Below are positions 48,230 to 58,255 of a stretch of DNA of 64,000 bases, in pieces. Position numbers and translations under genes: made by a program. The stretch's first letter is position 1, and each line of letters begins with the position of its first letter. The notes beneath the pieces were generated by a model that searched no databases, was not told the origin of the DNA, and was given only the letters and a program-made list of their open reading frames with translations. Origin of the DNA: Armatimonadota bacterium (GTDB lineage: Bacteria; Armatimonadota; SYMT01); assembly GCA_041690135.1 (NCBI GenBank), contig JAWLHY010000002.1, positions 464,332 through 528,331 of the forward strand, given 5' to 3'.

Positions 48230-48382
48230 ATGCGACGTCTCACAGAGTCTTTGGAGAGCGAGATCTCCCATCCACCGTCCGGGTGGGGCGAATGGACGCG
48301 GGTCCTGTTGGGCCTGGTGCTGGTCGGCGCCGGTTCGCTCGGAGTATTGGGGCTGGCCTACTGGCTGGTCGTCCACCCTTGA
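48230..48382 (+). CDS. Small single-TM protein (50 aa) inside the operon
   Basis: 'MRRLTESLESEISHPPSGWGEWTRVLLGLVLVGAGSLGVLGLAYWLVVHP', with an RBS and co-directional with its neighbours. Confidence 0.55.
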   Translation: MRRLTESLESEISHPPSGWGEWTRVLLGLVLVGAGSLGVLGLAYWLVVHP

Positions 48383-48393
48383 GAGAGGTTCGT

Positions 48394-50625
48394 ATGTTTC
48401 AGAACCCCCGGTTTCCCTGGTTGTGCCTCCTCCTGCTGGCATTGATCGCCGTGCCGGTGCAGGCCCAGTCCCCGGAGGAACAGTTGGCCGCCGCTTCGGC
48501 CCTGTTCGATGCGAAGAAATACCCGGAAGCGGCTACCCGCCTGGAAGCGTTCCTGAAAGGGAACGCGAAGCACGCCAAAGCAGGGGCCGCCGCTTTCACC
48601 CTGGCACGCTGCTACACCGAACTGAAGGACTGGCCCCGGGCGGTCACCGCCTACGAGAAGGCGATCGCCAGTAAGGAGGCCGCCCTCCTTACCGTGTCCC
48701 AACTGGGGCTGGGGGAGGCCGCCTTCAACGCCGGCCAGCACGCGAAGGCCGCAGCCGCCCTCGACCAGGCCGTCAAGCACCAGCTCAAGCCGGAGCAGGC
48801 GCCGGCCGCGTGGTTCCTGCTCGGGCAGGCCCGCCTGGAACTGGAGCAGTTTCCCCAGGCGCAAGCGGCCTATGAGAAGGTGATCCAGGGTTTTCCCCGG
48901 AGTGAGTTAGTGGAGAGCGCCACCTTCGGCGCCGGGATCGCGGCCCTCCGCCAGGGGAGGACGGACGAGGCCCGGGGGCGCCTGAAGACGCTGGTGGACC
49001 GTTACCCGAAGAGCCTCGATCGCCTCCAGGCGCTGCTGCTCCTCGCCCAGATCGACTTTGAGGCAAAGCGGTACCGGGAAGCCCGCGCCGGCTTCGAGGC
49101 GGTCCTCCGGGACCCGAACGCGAAGAATGAAGGACCGGAATTCCAGGCCGCGGCGGAAGAGGGGCTGGTCGGAGCACTCCTGGAGCTGAAGGATTACGGT
49201 ACGGCGGCCGCCCGGCTGGAAGCGGTCATTCGCAAGCTGCCGGCCGCGGACCCGCAGCGCGCGCGGGCGCACCTTTCGCTGGGGCATTGCCGCTATCGCC
49301 AGCAGCAGCACGAGCCGGCCCTGGCCGCTTATCGCGAGGCCGCCAAAGCGACCGAGGGAGAGGTGGCGGGTGAAGGTCACTACTGGGCGGGGAACGTCGC
49401 CCTGGCCCTCAAGCGTCCGGCAGAGGCGGGTGTGGAGTTCGGCAAGGTCGCGTCCCGGTTCCCCAAGCACGAGCTGGCGGCCCGCGCCCAGTACCTAGCC
49501 GGCGAGGCTTACCTCGAGGCGAAGAAGACCGACGAGGCCGCGGCCGCCTACCGGGCGGTGCTGGAACGCTACCCCGACGCGCCGGAGGTGACGGACGCGC
49601 GTAAGGGTCTCGCGAAGCTGGTCGATGCGGTGGACGACCCGGTGAAGCTGGCGGCCGCGCTCAAAAGTGCCCCTCCGGCGGAGCGGGCGCGCGGCACGCT
49701 CCGGTTGGCTCGCCTCTACCTCCAGGATCGGAAGTGGGGCGAAGCGGAAGCCCCCCTGGTGGAGCTCTTGAAGGGCAAGCCGGAGGCCACGGTAATTCCG
49801 GAAGCACGCTACCTCCTGGGCCTCGCCTACGAGGGGCAGGAGAAAGCGGCTCCCGCGGCCACGGCGTTCGCGGAAGCGCTGCGCCTGGACGGCAAGTCCG
49901 AATGGGCCGCCGACGCACAGAGTCGCCTGGCCTGGCTCTACCTCGAGTTGAAGAAGCCGGCCGACGCAGAGAAGACGGCGACGGCGGCCCTGGGCCGGGA
50001 TCTCCCCGAGGAACCGGAGCGCCAGGCGCGGCTGGCCCTGCTCCAGGCGCAGGTCGATCAGGAGAAGTGGGAGCCCGCCCTGGAAAACTGCCGCCGGCTC
50101 CTGTCGGGTAAGCTGCCCCCGGAGACCACTGCCACGGTGCTCTACCTACAGGCGTGGTCTACGGAAAAGTCGGGCCAGTCCGCGGCGGCCGTCGCCCTCT
50201 GGGAGAAGCTGGCTGCCGACCATGCGCAGAGCCCGTACGCCCCGGAAGCGCTGGTCCGGATCGGCGACGCCCGGTTCGCGGCGAAGCAGTGGGAGGAGGC
50301 CCGCGCGAAGTATGCGGCGGTCGTCTCCGCGCATGCGAAGAGCCCAGTGGCCGTGGAAGCGCGCTACAAGCTGGGGAGCACGCTGTTCAACCTGGACCGC
50401 CTGGAGCTCGCCGCGGCCGAGTGGGACCGCGTGGCGGCGGATAAGGGCGCGGGCGAGTACGTTCCGGAAGCCCTCTACTGGGCCGGCATGGCCCTGGACA
50501 AGGCGGAGAAGGATGCCGAGGCGCTTCAGCGGCTGAACCGCCTGGTGACCGAGTTCCCCAAGCACGCGCGGGTGAAGGATGCAAAGATCCTGCTGGCCGC
50601 TCTCAAGGCCGTGCTGGGCAAGTAG
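48394..50625 (+). CDS. Periplasmic tetratricopeptide-repeat protein (CpoB/BamD-like repeats)
   Basis: Signal peptide followed by many 'A.Y.LG...A...Y..V...FP' repeats. Confidence 0.9.
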   Translation: MFQNPRFPWLCLLLLALIAVPVQAQSPEEQLAAASALFDAKKYPEAATRLEAFLKGNAKHAKAGAAAFTLARCYTELKDWPRAVTAYEKAIASKEAALLTVSQLGLGEAAFNAGQHAKAAAALDQAVKHQLKPEQAPAAWFLLGQARLELEQFPQAQAAYEKVIQGFPRSELVESATFGAGIAALRQGRTDEARGRLKTLVDRYPKSLDRLQALLLLAQIDFEAKRYREARAGFEAVLRDPNAKNEGPEFQAAAEEGLVGALLELKDYGTAAARLEAVIRKLPAADPQRARAHLSLGHCRYRQQQHEPALAAYREAAKATEGEVAGEGHYWAGNVALALKRPAEAGVEFGKVASRFPKHELAARAQYLAGEAYLEAKKTDEAAAAYRAVLERYPDAPEVTDARKGLAKLVDAVDDPVKLAAALKSAPPAERARGTLRLARLYLQDRKWGEAEAPLVELLKGKPEATVIPEARYLLGLAYEGQEKAAPAATAFAEALRLDGKSEWAADAQSRLAWLYLELKKPADAEKTATAALGRDLPEEPERQARLALLQAQVDQEKWEPALENCRRLLSGKLPPETTATVLYLQAWSTEKSGQSAAAVALWEKLAADHAQSPYAPEALVRIGDARFAAKQWEEARAKYAAVVSAHAKSPVAVEARYKLGSTLFNLDRLELAAAEWDRVAADKGAGEYVPEALYWAGMALDKAEKDAEALQRLNRLVTEFPKHARVKDAKILLAALKAVLGK

Positions 50626-50657
50626 TTCCGTTTGGAAGGACCCAAGAGGAGAAGTCG

Positions 50658-51287
50658 ATGCTGGAATTGTTCTTGAAGGCAGGCTGGGTGGCGTGGCCGC
50701 TCGCGATCTGCTCCGTGCTGTCGGTCGCCGTCATTCTGGAGCGGCTCTACACGCTGGGGCGCCTCCGGACGCTGGAAGAGCGGGCCTTCATGATCCTGCA
50801 ACTCGCGCTGGAGAAGGGGGACGACTCGGCCCTGCGCGATCCCCAGATCGCCGGCGCGCCGGTGGCCCAGGTAATGGACTCGCTCAGTGAGATGCGAGGC
50901 GCCAGCGAGGACTCGATCCAGACGGCCGCCGAGATCTCCATCTCGATGCAGCGCCTGCGCCTGCGTCGCTACCTCGGCACCCTTGCCACGGTCGGCAGCA
51001 CCGCGCCCTTCATCGGGCTGTTCGGGACCGTGCTCGGCGTCATGCGCGCCTTCCAGGCCATGAGTCAGAGCACCCTCAGCGGGGAAGCGATGGCCGCGGG
51101 TATCTCCGAAGCGCTCAGCGCCACCGCCCTCGGCCTCCTCGTCGCCATCCCCGCGGTGATGGCCTACAACTACTTCACCGGCCAGGTGCAGGCGTCCGTG
51201 CTGCAGATCCACGGGCACGTCGCGCGCCTCGCCCCGCTGCTCAAGCATCTCCACCGCGAGAGCCGGGAGGTGTCCAGTGCACGGTAG
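50658..51287 (+). CDS. MotA/TolQ/ExbB proton-channel protein
   Basis: 'LATVGSTAPFIGLFGTVLGVM', 'GISEALSATALGLLVAIPA'. Confidence 0.95.
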   Translation: MLELFLKAGWVAWPLAICSVLSVAVILERLYTLGRLRTLEERAFMILQLALEKGDDSALRDPQIAGAPVAQVMDSLSEMRGASEDSIQTAAEISISMQRLRLRRYLGTLATVGSTAPFIGLFGTVLGVMRAFQAMSQSTLSGEAMAAGISEALSATALGLLVAIPAVMAYNYFTGQVQASVLQIHGHVARLAPLLKHLHRESREVSSAR

Positions 51288-51705
51288 GCACCTGGCGGAC
51301 GACGAGCCGATGGCGGAGATGAACATGATCCCGCTCATCGATATCGCCCTCACGCTGGTCATTATCCTCATGGTGACCACGGCATTCATCAAGCACCCGG
51401 GCGTCTCCCTCAAGCTGCCGGAAACGGTGACCCGCGAGGGCGCGCCCGAGTCGAACCGGGACACGGTGATCATGGTCCAGGCCGACGGCACGCTCCACCT
51501 GGACGGCGTGAAGAAGGACCCTGCCGAGATCCGAGGCTACCTCGTCCAGGTCGCCGCGAAAAACAAGGAAGCCCGCGTCCTGGTGAAGGGCGATCGCAAC
51601 GTCGCCTATGCCTCCGTGATGGACGTGATGGACCTGGTGCGCCAGGCCGGCCTCACCCGGGTCGTCCTACCCACCGACCCGAAACGAACGGCCAGCAGGC
51701 AGTGA
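51277..51705 (+). CDS. ExbD/TolR biopolymer transport protein
   Basis: '[21 protein letters not shown]', '[12 protein letters not shown]'. Confidence 0.95.
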   Translation: MHGRHLADDEPMAEMNMIPLIDIALTLVIILMVTTAFIKHPGVSLKLPETVTREGAPESNRDTVIMVQADGTLHLDGVKKDPAEIRGYLVQVAAKNKEARVLVKGDRNVAYASVMDVMDLVRQAGLTRVVLPTDPKRTASRQ

Positions 51706-51952
51706 GCAGTGGCCAGCAGGCAGTAGGCGGTAGGCAGAAGGCAGAAGGCAGTGGGCAGCAGGCAGTGGGCGGTAGGCCGACGGCAGCGAGCAGTAGGTGG
51801 CGAGCAGTAGGCGGTAGGCGGTAGGCAGTAGGCAGTAAAGCGGTGGGCAGTAGCCCAACACGTCCATTCCGTCTAATCCGACCCATCCGTCCGCTCCCCG
51901 AACACCTGAACACCCGAACACCTGAACACCCGAACACCCGAACACCTGAATG
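51692..51952. repeat. Composite tandem array: about 23 x 7-mer (GCAGTAG), 4 x 9-mer (CGTCCATTC-like), 7 x 8-mer (CCYGAACA)
   Basis: 7-mers 51692-51853, 9-mers 51861-51896, 8-mers 51897-51952. Confidence 0.9.
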
Positions 51953-51963
51953 CCCCAAAGGGG

Positions 51964-53934
51964 ATGCTTATGAGGATCGAACGCTGGTACTGGCTCGGGA
52001 TCTTTTGCGTGGTGTCGCTGTGCATCCATGCCCTGGTAGGCATGAATAGTCGCAGCCTCGGCATGCACGTCAGCCTGCCCGGCCCCACGGAGATCGAGGT
52101 GGAGCTGGAGCCGCTGCCGGAGCCGGAGCCCGAGAAGAAGCCCGAACCGGAGAAGAAGCCGGAGCCGGAGAAGAAGCTGCCCGCACCGCAGAAGGTCGCC
52201 AAAGCGGAGATCCGGCAGAAGCCCGACCCGGTGAACGTGGGGGAGAAGGAGCCGGTGCGCAACTCCAGCCGCGAGCCCGCGCCGGAGCCGAAGGTGAAAA
52301 CGGAAGAGCCGCGCCCGACGGCCCCCCAGGTGGACCCGGGCGGGGTAGACCGCCTGCGGGAGGAGAAGCCGCTTCCGCTGGGGCTGCCTTCCCAACGGCC
52401 CGCGGTGAAGCCGGTCCGCATCGCGAAAGCCGACCTTCAGCCCAACCTCTCCCAGCCGGAGACTCCCGCCGTCGAGCCTCCTTCCGTGGCCCAGCCCGAT
52501 ACTCCCGCGCCGGCCCCGGCGACGAAGCCGAGCTTCGTACCGCGTCCGGCCGGTGCTCGTTCGCTCCTCAACCTGGAGAGCCCGGATCTCCTGTCCAACC
52601 TCCGGCCGGAAGACGGCCCCTCGCTGCCCGGCCAGCCGGGTAAAGCGCCGGGATCGCGCCTCATCCGCACTGCCAAGGCACTCCCCACCAACCTGGCCGG
52701 GGGTGGCTCTCCGGCGCCGGGTCCCGTTCTCGGCGGCAAAGACGGGGCTCGCGGTCCGGAAGCGCCGCCGGAAGAGATTCTCTTCAACGGCGGCGGGGCC
52801 GGTGGGGTCAAGCTGCCCCGTGCGGCACCTCGTCCGGGTGGGGGCGGCGGACGCTCCTTCCTGTCCGTCGACAATCCCCTGGCCAAAGAGTTCGCGCCCA
52901 AAGAGCAGGCGGGCCTGGGGCCTGGCCGCGGGGGTGGCCAGGGCGCCGGGGCCGGTGGGGGCGTCGGGTTTGCCCGGGGCAAGGGCATCGGGACCGGCCT
53001 GGGCGGGAAGTACGATCTCGCCTCCCTGCGCGCGAAACCGGGACAGGGCATCGGCGCCGGTACTGGTAAGGGAATCGGCAGTCGCTCTCCCGGCGGGGGC
53101 ACCGGGACCGGCGCGCAACTACCCGGTACGGGCGGCAGCGGGCTCGGCTACGGCCGCGGCAAAGGACTCGGCGTGGGCAACGGCGTCCGCCTGGGTGTCG
53201 GTCGCGGGGGCGCCGGTGGCGGCGGTGGCGGGAATGGCGGGAATGGCGGGGGCGGCGCCGGCGGGGGTGGAACCCGGATGGCGCTCAATCGCGGCATTCC
53301 GTTCGGCGATATCGTGGGCCTGCTGGGTGGCGGCGATCCGAAAGGCGGCGGCGGCGCCGGTGGCGGTCCGGGCGGGCTCGGCCGCGGCGGGTTCTTCGGC
53401 GCTCGTCCCAAGGGCGGGGGAGGGGCCAAGGAGCCGCCCGTCCACATCGTCTACGTGCTGGACGCCTCCACGAGCATGCGCCGCAGCGACATGATTCACA
53501 AGGCCAAGGAAGCCCTGAAGAAAGCGCTCTCCGAGCTCAAGCCGGGCGATACCTTCAACATCGTCCACTTCGGGGGCGACGTGCAGGTCTTCGGCGGCTC
53601 CACCATCCCGGCCACGCCGGAGAACGTGAAGGAGGGATTGGACTACGTGGACGGGATCCAGGTCCGCGCGGGAACCTTCATGTCCGCCGCCCTGGAAAAG
53701 GCGCTTTACCAGCAGAGCATTACGCACGTTTTCTTGCTTTCGGACGGCGAGCCGAGCCGGGGCATCACCAACCCGGAACAGCTCCGGACCCTGGTCCGCG
53801 AGCTAAACGGGAAAAAGGCCCAGATCCACACCCTGGCGCTTGGGCTGGGGGACCAGTTCCCCGGCATCGGGCTCCTCAAGGGCCTGGCAGAGGACCACGA
53901 AGGCAAGTTCAGCTACATCAATCTGGCGAAGTGA
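51964..53934 (+). CDS. TonB-like energy-transducer N-terminus (TM + EP/KP spacer) + Gly-rich linker + vWA domain
   Basis: TM 'VSLCIHAL' (Ser/His motif of TonB-type anchors), '[15 protein letters not shown]', long Gly-rich region, MIDAS 'VLDASTSM...GTFM...LSDGEP'. Confidence 0.8.
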   Translation: MLMRIERWYWLGIFCVVSLCIHALVGMNSRSLGMHVSLPGPTEIEVELEPLPEPEPEKKPEPEKKPEPEKKLPAPQKVAKAEIRQKPDPVNVGEKEPVRNSSREPAPEPKVKTEEPRPTAPQVDPGGVDRLREEKPLPLGLPSQRPAVKPVRIAKADLQPNLSQPETPAVEPPSVAQPDTPAPAPATKPSFVPRPAGARSLLNLESPDLLSNLRPEDGPSLPGQPGKAPGSRLIRTAKALPTNLAGGGSPAPGPVLGGKDGARGPEAPPEEILFNGGGAGGVKLPRAAPRPGGGGGRSFLSVDNPLAKEFAPKEQAGLGPGRGGGQGAGAGGGVGFARGKGIGTGLGGKYDLASLRAKPGQGIGAGTGKGIGSRSPGGGTGTGAQLPGTGGSGLGYGRGKGLGVGNGVRLGVGRGGAGGGGGGNGGNGGGGAGGGGTRMALNRGIPFGDIVGLLGGGDPKGGGGAGGGPGGLGRGGFFGARPKGGGGAKEPPVHIVYVLDASTSMRRSDMIHKAKEALKKALSELKPGDTFNIVHFGGDVQVFGGSTIPATPENVKEGLDYVDGIQVRAGTFMSAALEKALYQQSITHVFLLSDGEPSRGITNPEQLRTLVRELNGKKAQIHTLALGLGDQFPGIGLLKGLAEDHEGKFSYINLAK

Positions 53935-55937
53935 GCTCTCCCTTCACCCGCGTCTTCTGCAGTCTGCTCCTGATCGTATCGCTGGTGGCAGTGCCGGCCT
54001 CCGCGCTCCACCAGCGCATCTACCCGCTCGCCGAGTTGATCCGGATCTCGGACTGCATCGCGGTCGGACGTGTGGCGGCCGCGGACATCCCGCGGATGCG
54101 CGCCGCCCTCCACCTGGACGAGAAGCTCAAGGGGGCGGCGCCATACCGCTGGATCGCATTGAACGTGGCGCCGGGAGGCTGGGGCCACCCCACGGCCATG
54201 ATCCGCCGGCTGGGCGCCGGTCAGCGCTTCGTCAGCTTCTCCGCCCGCGTCCGGAACCGGCACGTGCTCGTGGGCTATTCTAACGGCACCTGGTTCCAGA
54301 TCACGGCGGCGCACGCACCCGAGGAGAAGGATGCCGACCGTCTCTCCTGGTCCTTCACCCACATCGAGGTCTACCTCCGGCGGACCTTTCAGGGGAGCAC
54401 GGCCGAGCTGGAGCAGGTAGTGCGGGAGGCCCTGGCCGGCCGCCGCGAAGCCCCCGCGCCCGATCCCGCGGCCCGTCCGGGAATGGGTCCCGAAACGCCG
54501 CTCGACCTGAAGCCGGACCGGCCGCTGCCGCCCCTTCCGGAGTTCGTGGCGAAGGCGATCGCCGCCCCGCGGGCCGGAGGCGTGATTCGCAAGCTCGAAA
54601 CGCGGCCCCTAACCGCCGCCGAGCAGGCCTGGGCCGAGGAGTGGGCGAAACGCTTCCAGCGCACCCCCGGGGAGACGGCCCGGCTATTGGCCCAGGCGAG
54701 GTACGTGGCCCCGGATGCGGAGCGCGCCCTCCTGTATGAGAAGGAGTACGGACGCGGCGGTAACCGGGCCTGGGTGCGCGGCGCGGAGGAAATCCTGGAG
54801 CTGAAGCAGCGGAGCGACCGTCTCTGCTGGCTCGACATCAAGGGGATCTTGATGCGGGCCGGAGAGCTCTTCACGCCGGTGGGCGATCCGGTCGATCTCA
54901 TTCACGACCTCCGCACGAAGTTCACCTGGGATGAGCTGGACCCCATCCTCGACGACGACAAGTGGGACCGCAAGAAGCTGGAGGTCGCCGTGGCCCCCCT
55001 TCTGGAGGCGCGCCGCCGGCATCCCCTGGGGCCGGGGGATCGCGCTCGGGAGGTGCTGGCGAACCTCGCGTTCGGGGCGCCGGGGGAGGGGCAACTACCG
55101 ATGGAGAGCTGCGGTTGGAAGCCGCTGCCGGGGCCGAACTGGGACTTCGCCCGCCGCCAGTACGAGTGGGACGGCGGAGAGAACGGCGCCCAGAAGCCCG
55201 GCTCGGTCCGGTTCCCGGCTCCGGGCAGCGCCCGTAACCCGCTCCCCAATCTCCCGCCCAAACCGGGAATCCCCTTTGCGGCCAGGGCGGGAGAGCACCC
55301 GGGCGCTTCCCTCTGGTTCGCGCCCTCGCTGGGCGACTACGAGCACCGGCCTCGCGGCGGACGGGGCTGCTACGCTTACGCCGAGGAGGCCTGGGTGCGC
55401 GTGCGGCAGGGGGAGTCCCGCTCCTTTCTCCTCGTGGCACAGGTCTACACCCCCGACCATACCGACGCGGTCGGCGAGCCGCGCGCCGGCTGGTTCTACA
55501 TCCGCAGGCCCTCCCGTTACATCGACGCCGGCATCTGGCTGGTAGATGGCGAAACCCGTACCCATTCCCTCGTGCCGAACCAGGCCCTCCTCCTGAAAAT
55601 CGAGCCCGCCCTGGACCGCTTCGATCGGGTGCTGCTGCGCGTGGATGTGATTACCGAGAAAGTCGCCGGACAACGCAACACAGAGGGGCGCAACGAGGTC
55701 ACGCTCACGGCCTTCCTGGACGGCATCGGCGAGGTCGCCCGCGCCACCGTCGATCTGAACAAGGCTCGGGCCGGACGAGAGGCGATCCTGGACACCGGCG
55801 ACGGGGGCATCGCCTTCGCACCCGCTTTCGGCCTGCGCACCCCCGGCGAGGGATACGTCCCCGAGTTCTACCTCGGCCACGTCCGCCTCCAGCAAATCCA
55901 GGAAGGTCAAAGGGAACCCGCCCGCAACTCACCCTGA
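53931..55937 (+). CDS. Secreted hypothetical protein (668 aa)
   Basis: Signal peptide, GTGA overlap with the upstream stop, GC3-biased codons; no family recognised. Confidence 0.75.
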   Translation: MSSPFTRVFCSLLLIVSLVAVPASALHQRIYPLAELIRISDCIAVGRVAAADIPRMRAALHLDEKLKGAAPYRWIALNVAPGGWGHPTAMIRRLGAGQRFVSFSARVRNRHVLVGYSNGTWFQITAAHAPEEKDADRLSWSFTHIEVYLRRTFQGSTAELEQVVREALAGRREAPAPDPAARPGMGPETPLDLKPDRPLPPLPEFVAKAIAAPRAGGVIRKLETRPLTAAEQAWAEEWAKRFQRTPGETARLLAQARYVAPDAERALLYEKEYGRGGNRAWVRGAEEILELKQRSDRLCWLDIKGILMRAGELFTPVGDPVDLIHDLRTKFTWDELDPILDDDKWDRKKLEVAVAPLLEARRRHPLGPGDRAREVLANLAFGAPGEGQLPMESCGWKPLPGPNWDFARRQYEWDGGENGAQKPGSVRFPAPGSARNPLPNLPPKPGIPFAARAGEHPGASLWFAPSLGDYEHRPRGGRGCYAYAEEAWVRVRQGESRSFLLVAQVYTPDHTDAVGEPRAGWFYIRRPSRYIDAGIWLVDGETRTHSLVPNQALLLKIEPALDRFDRVLLRVDVITEKVAGQRNTEGRNEVTLTAFLDGIGEVARATVDLNKARAGREAILDTGDGGIAFAPAFGLRTPGEGYVPEFYLGHVRLQQIQEGQREPARNSP

Positions 55938-56249
55938 CAAACAGCAGGACCCAGCCCGTCGAGCGCAATTCCGGTTAGAGTAGACTCGGATAATAGCCCT
56001 AACCCGGCGAAGCCGGAGCCCGAAAAGCACGGCGTCATTGCGAGGGAGCCTTAGCGACTGCGGCAATCCCCCTGGTCTTCCGAGCCGCCACCTTTACCAC
56101 CGTTCGCCCGCTTTGCAGAATTCGTTGCGGAACACAAGGGCCGGAGAGCGACTTGTAGCTGCGCCCTGAGTACACCCAATAAAGCATAGGGCCGCTTGGC
56201 GAGACATACCCCCGAATGAATTACGCCCCCCTCTCACAGCATCCACCAT

Positions 56250-56329
56250 TCCTACTCTTACTCTTACTCTTACTCCTACTCTTACTCCTACTCTTACTCC
56301 GGCCCCTGGCCCCCGGCCCCCAACCCCCA
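56250..56329. repeat. Hexamer (CTCTTA/CTCCTA)n followed by heptamer (GGCCCCC)n array directly before an ATG
   Basis: Seen directly in the sequence. Confidence 0.85.
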
Positions 56330-57811
56330 ATGCACCCACCCCAACCCACCCTCCTCGCCATCTGGAGCGCCGCCACCCTCCTGGCGATAGCCACTCCCGC
56401 GTGGGCGGTCGTACCGGGCCTCACCGGGCCGCTCCAGGCCCTGGCGCAACTGGTCCCGCAGATCCTGCCCTTCCTCATGGCGGGTCTGGCGGGCCTGCTC
56501 GGCAGCCGCGCCTGGCGCGAGCGATTGGGTCGCCTGGGGCGGTGGCTGGCGACACCGCGGGGACTGTTCACCGCCTGCATCCTGGTAACTGCCGTCGGGG
56601 CCGGCGCGTACCTGGCCCGGCCCGCGGATCGCTCCCGCATCGCCGTTGCCGCATCCGTTCGAACCGCGCCAGCGAAAGCTGTCGATTGGCCGCTCTTCCG
56701 GGGAAGCCTCCTCCGTACCGGCCGCGCCGCGGACACCATGGGTCCGGAGAAGGCGCGCGTGCTCTGGTCCTTCAGCGACCCCGAGATCCGGGTCGCCGAC
56801 CTCGCCTCGTCGCCCGCCGTGGTGGGGGACCGCGTCTATGTCGGGAGCGCGCAGGCCTCGATCTTCGACAGTACGGGGATGGTCTACTGCCTCGATGCCC
56901 ACTCCGGTAAGCGGGTCTGGCAGTTCGAGACCGCGAAACAGGTCTTTTCTTCCCCCGCCGTGGTGGGGGGCCGGGTCTACGTCGGCGAAGGGTTCCACGT
57001 CGACACCGGCTGCAGGCTCTACTGCCTGGATGCCGCTACCGGAAAGCAGCTCTGGGCCACCACGACGAAAAGCCACACCGAATCCAGCCCGGCCGTGGTC
57101 GGCGGTCGGGCCTACTTCGGAGCGGGGGAGGACGGGATCTACTGCCTCGATGCGGCGACCGGCAAGCCCCGCTGGCAACGCGGCGGCATGCACGTGGACG
57201 CCTCTCCTGCGGTAGAGGGCGGCAGGGTCTACCTGGGCACCGGCTACGGACGCCTCGCCGCGCTGGCTCTCGACGCGGCCACCGGGAAAACCCTTTGGAG
57301 CATCCCCTGCGATCTCCCGGTATGGGGTCCGCCCACCGTCTCCGGCGGCCGGGTCTACTTCGGCATCGGCAACGGCGACTTCGTCAAGAGCAACCCCGTC
57401 CCGAAGGGCGGCGTCTTGTGCCTCGATGCCGCCACCGGGAAGCAGGCCTGGCGAACCCCTCTCCCGGATGCCGTGTTGACCGCCCTCCCCATCCAGGGCG
57501 ACCGGATCCTGGCCGGCTGCCGGGACGGCCGCCTTTACGCCCTGGAGGCCGCCACCGGCGAGATCATCTGGCGCGCGGACTGCGGCGGCCCGGTAGTGGC
57601 CTCCCCCGCGACCGACGGAACCCGCGTCTACGTCCCGGGCGGCATGGGCAAGGTCCTCGCCCTGAACCTCGCCGATGGCAAGCCGGTCTGGGCTCTCGAC
57701 CTCGTCCCCCACACCGCCCCCGGCGTCCAGCTCTTCAGCAGCCCCGCCCTCGCCCACGGCCGCCTCTACCTCGGTACCAGCAAAGAGAAACTCCTCTGCC
57801 TCGGCCCCTGA
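56330..57811 (+). CDS. PQQ-binding-like (BamB-type) beta-propeller repeat protein
   Basis: 'WPLFRG', repeated 'SSPAVVGGRVY.G...YCLDAATGK..W'. Confidence 0.9.
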   Translation: MHPPQPTLLAIWSAATLLAIATPAWAVVPGLTGPLQALAQLVPQILPFLMAGLAGLLGSRAWRERLGRLGRWLATPRGLFTACILVTAVGAGAYLARPADRSRIAVAASVRTAPAKAVDWPLFRGSLLRTGRAADTMGPEKARVLWSFSDPEIRVADLASSPAVVGDRVYVGSAQASIFDSTGMVYCLDAHSGKRVWQFETAKQVFSSPAVVGGRVYVGEGFHVDTGCRLYCLDAATGKQLWATTTKSHTESSPAVVGGRAYFGAGEDGIYCLDAATGKPRWQRGGMHVDASPAVEGGRVYLGTGYGRLAALALDAATGKTLWSIPCDLPVWGPPTVSGGRVYFGIGNGDFVKSNPVPKGGVLCLDAATGKQAWRTPLPDAVLTALPIQGDRILAGCRDGRLYALEAATGEIIWRADCGGPVVASPATDGTRVYVPGGMGKVLALNLADGKPVWALDLVPHTAPGVQLFSSPALAHGRLYLGTSKEKLLCLGP

Positions 57812-57913
57812 ATCCGGACACGAGGCGAGGAAGCCTGGCGTCCTCTCAACGTCCACGGGGTACGGTAACATTGAGTCGGGAGACAGCACTCGTGAGGACT
57901 GGAGGGGACTGGT

Positions 57914-58255
57914 ATGTCGCTGATCATCGATTTGCCACCGGAGAAAGAACAGCAGCTACGGGAGGAGGCCGCGCGCCGGGGACAGCCGGTGCAGAGCTTT
58001 GCGCGGCTGGTTCTGGAAGAGCGCCTCGAAGCGGAACAGCGAGAACGCGCTCGCCGGATTGCGGCGCTGATGGAGCAGTGGAACGCGGAAGATGCCGCCG
58101 ATCCCGACCTCGATCCCATTCTCGAGATCGAGCCGCTGAGGATAACGATTGCCGAGACGGCCCGGCGGACCAGGGAACTGGCCTCGGGGCAAGTTGAGGA
58201 TCGTTCCCACGAAAAGGTGATGGAAGCTGCTCGGCGCGCACTTCGATGCGACTGA
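57914..58255 (+). CDS. Antitoxin-like protein, apparently an RHH-type N-terminus joined to an addiction-module-type C-terminus
   Basis: 'LIIDLPPEKEQQLREEAARRG'; C-terminus 'AETARRTRELASGQVEDRSHEKVMEAARRAL'. Confidence 0.6.
   Translation: MSLIIDLPPEKEQQLREEAARRGQPVQSFARLVLEERLEAEQRERARRIAALMEQWNAEDAADPDLDPILEIEPLRITIAETARRTRELASGQVEDRSHEKVMEAARRALRCD

Noticed and set aside
52780-53425. Collagen-like or RiPP precursor in the Gly-rich region
   Set aside because: There is no Gly-X-Y triplet periodicity and no modifying enzymes nearby. It is best read as a flexible linker.
56216-56329. Poly-Leu N-terminus of the beta-propeller protein
   Set aside because: It is a translation of the CTCTTA hexamer array. 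A normal signal peptide follows ATG 56330.
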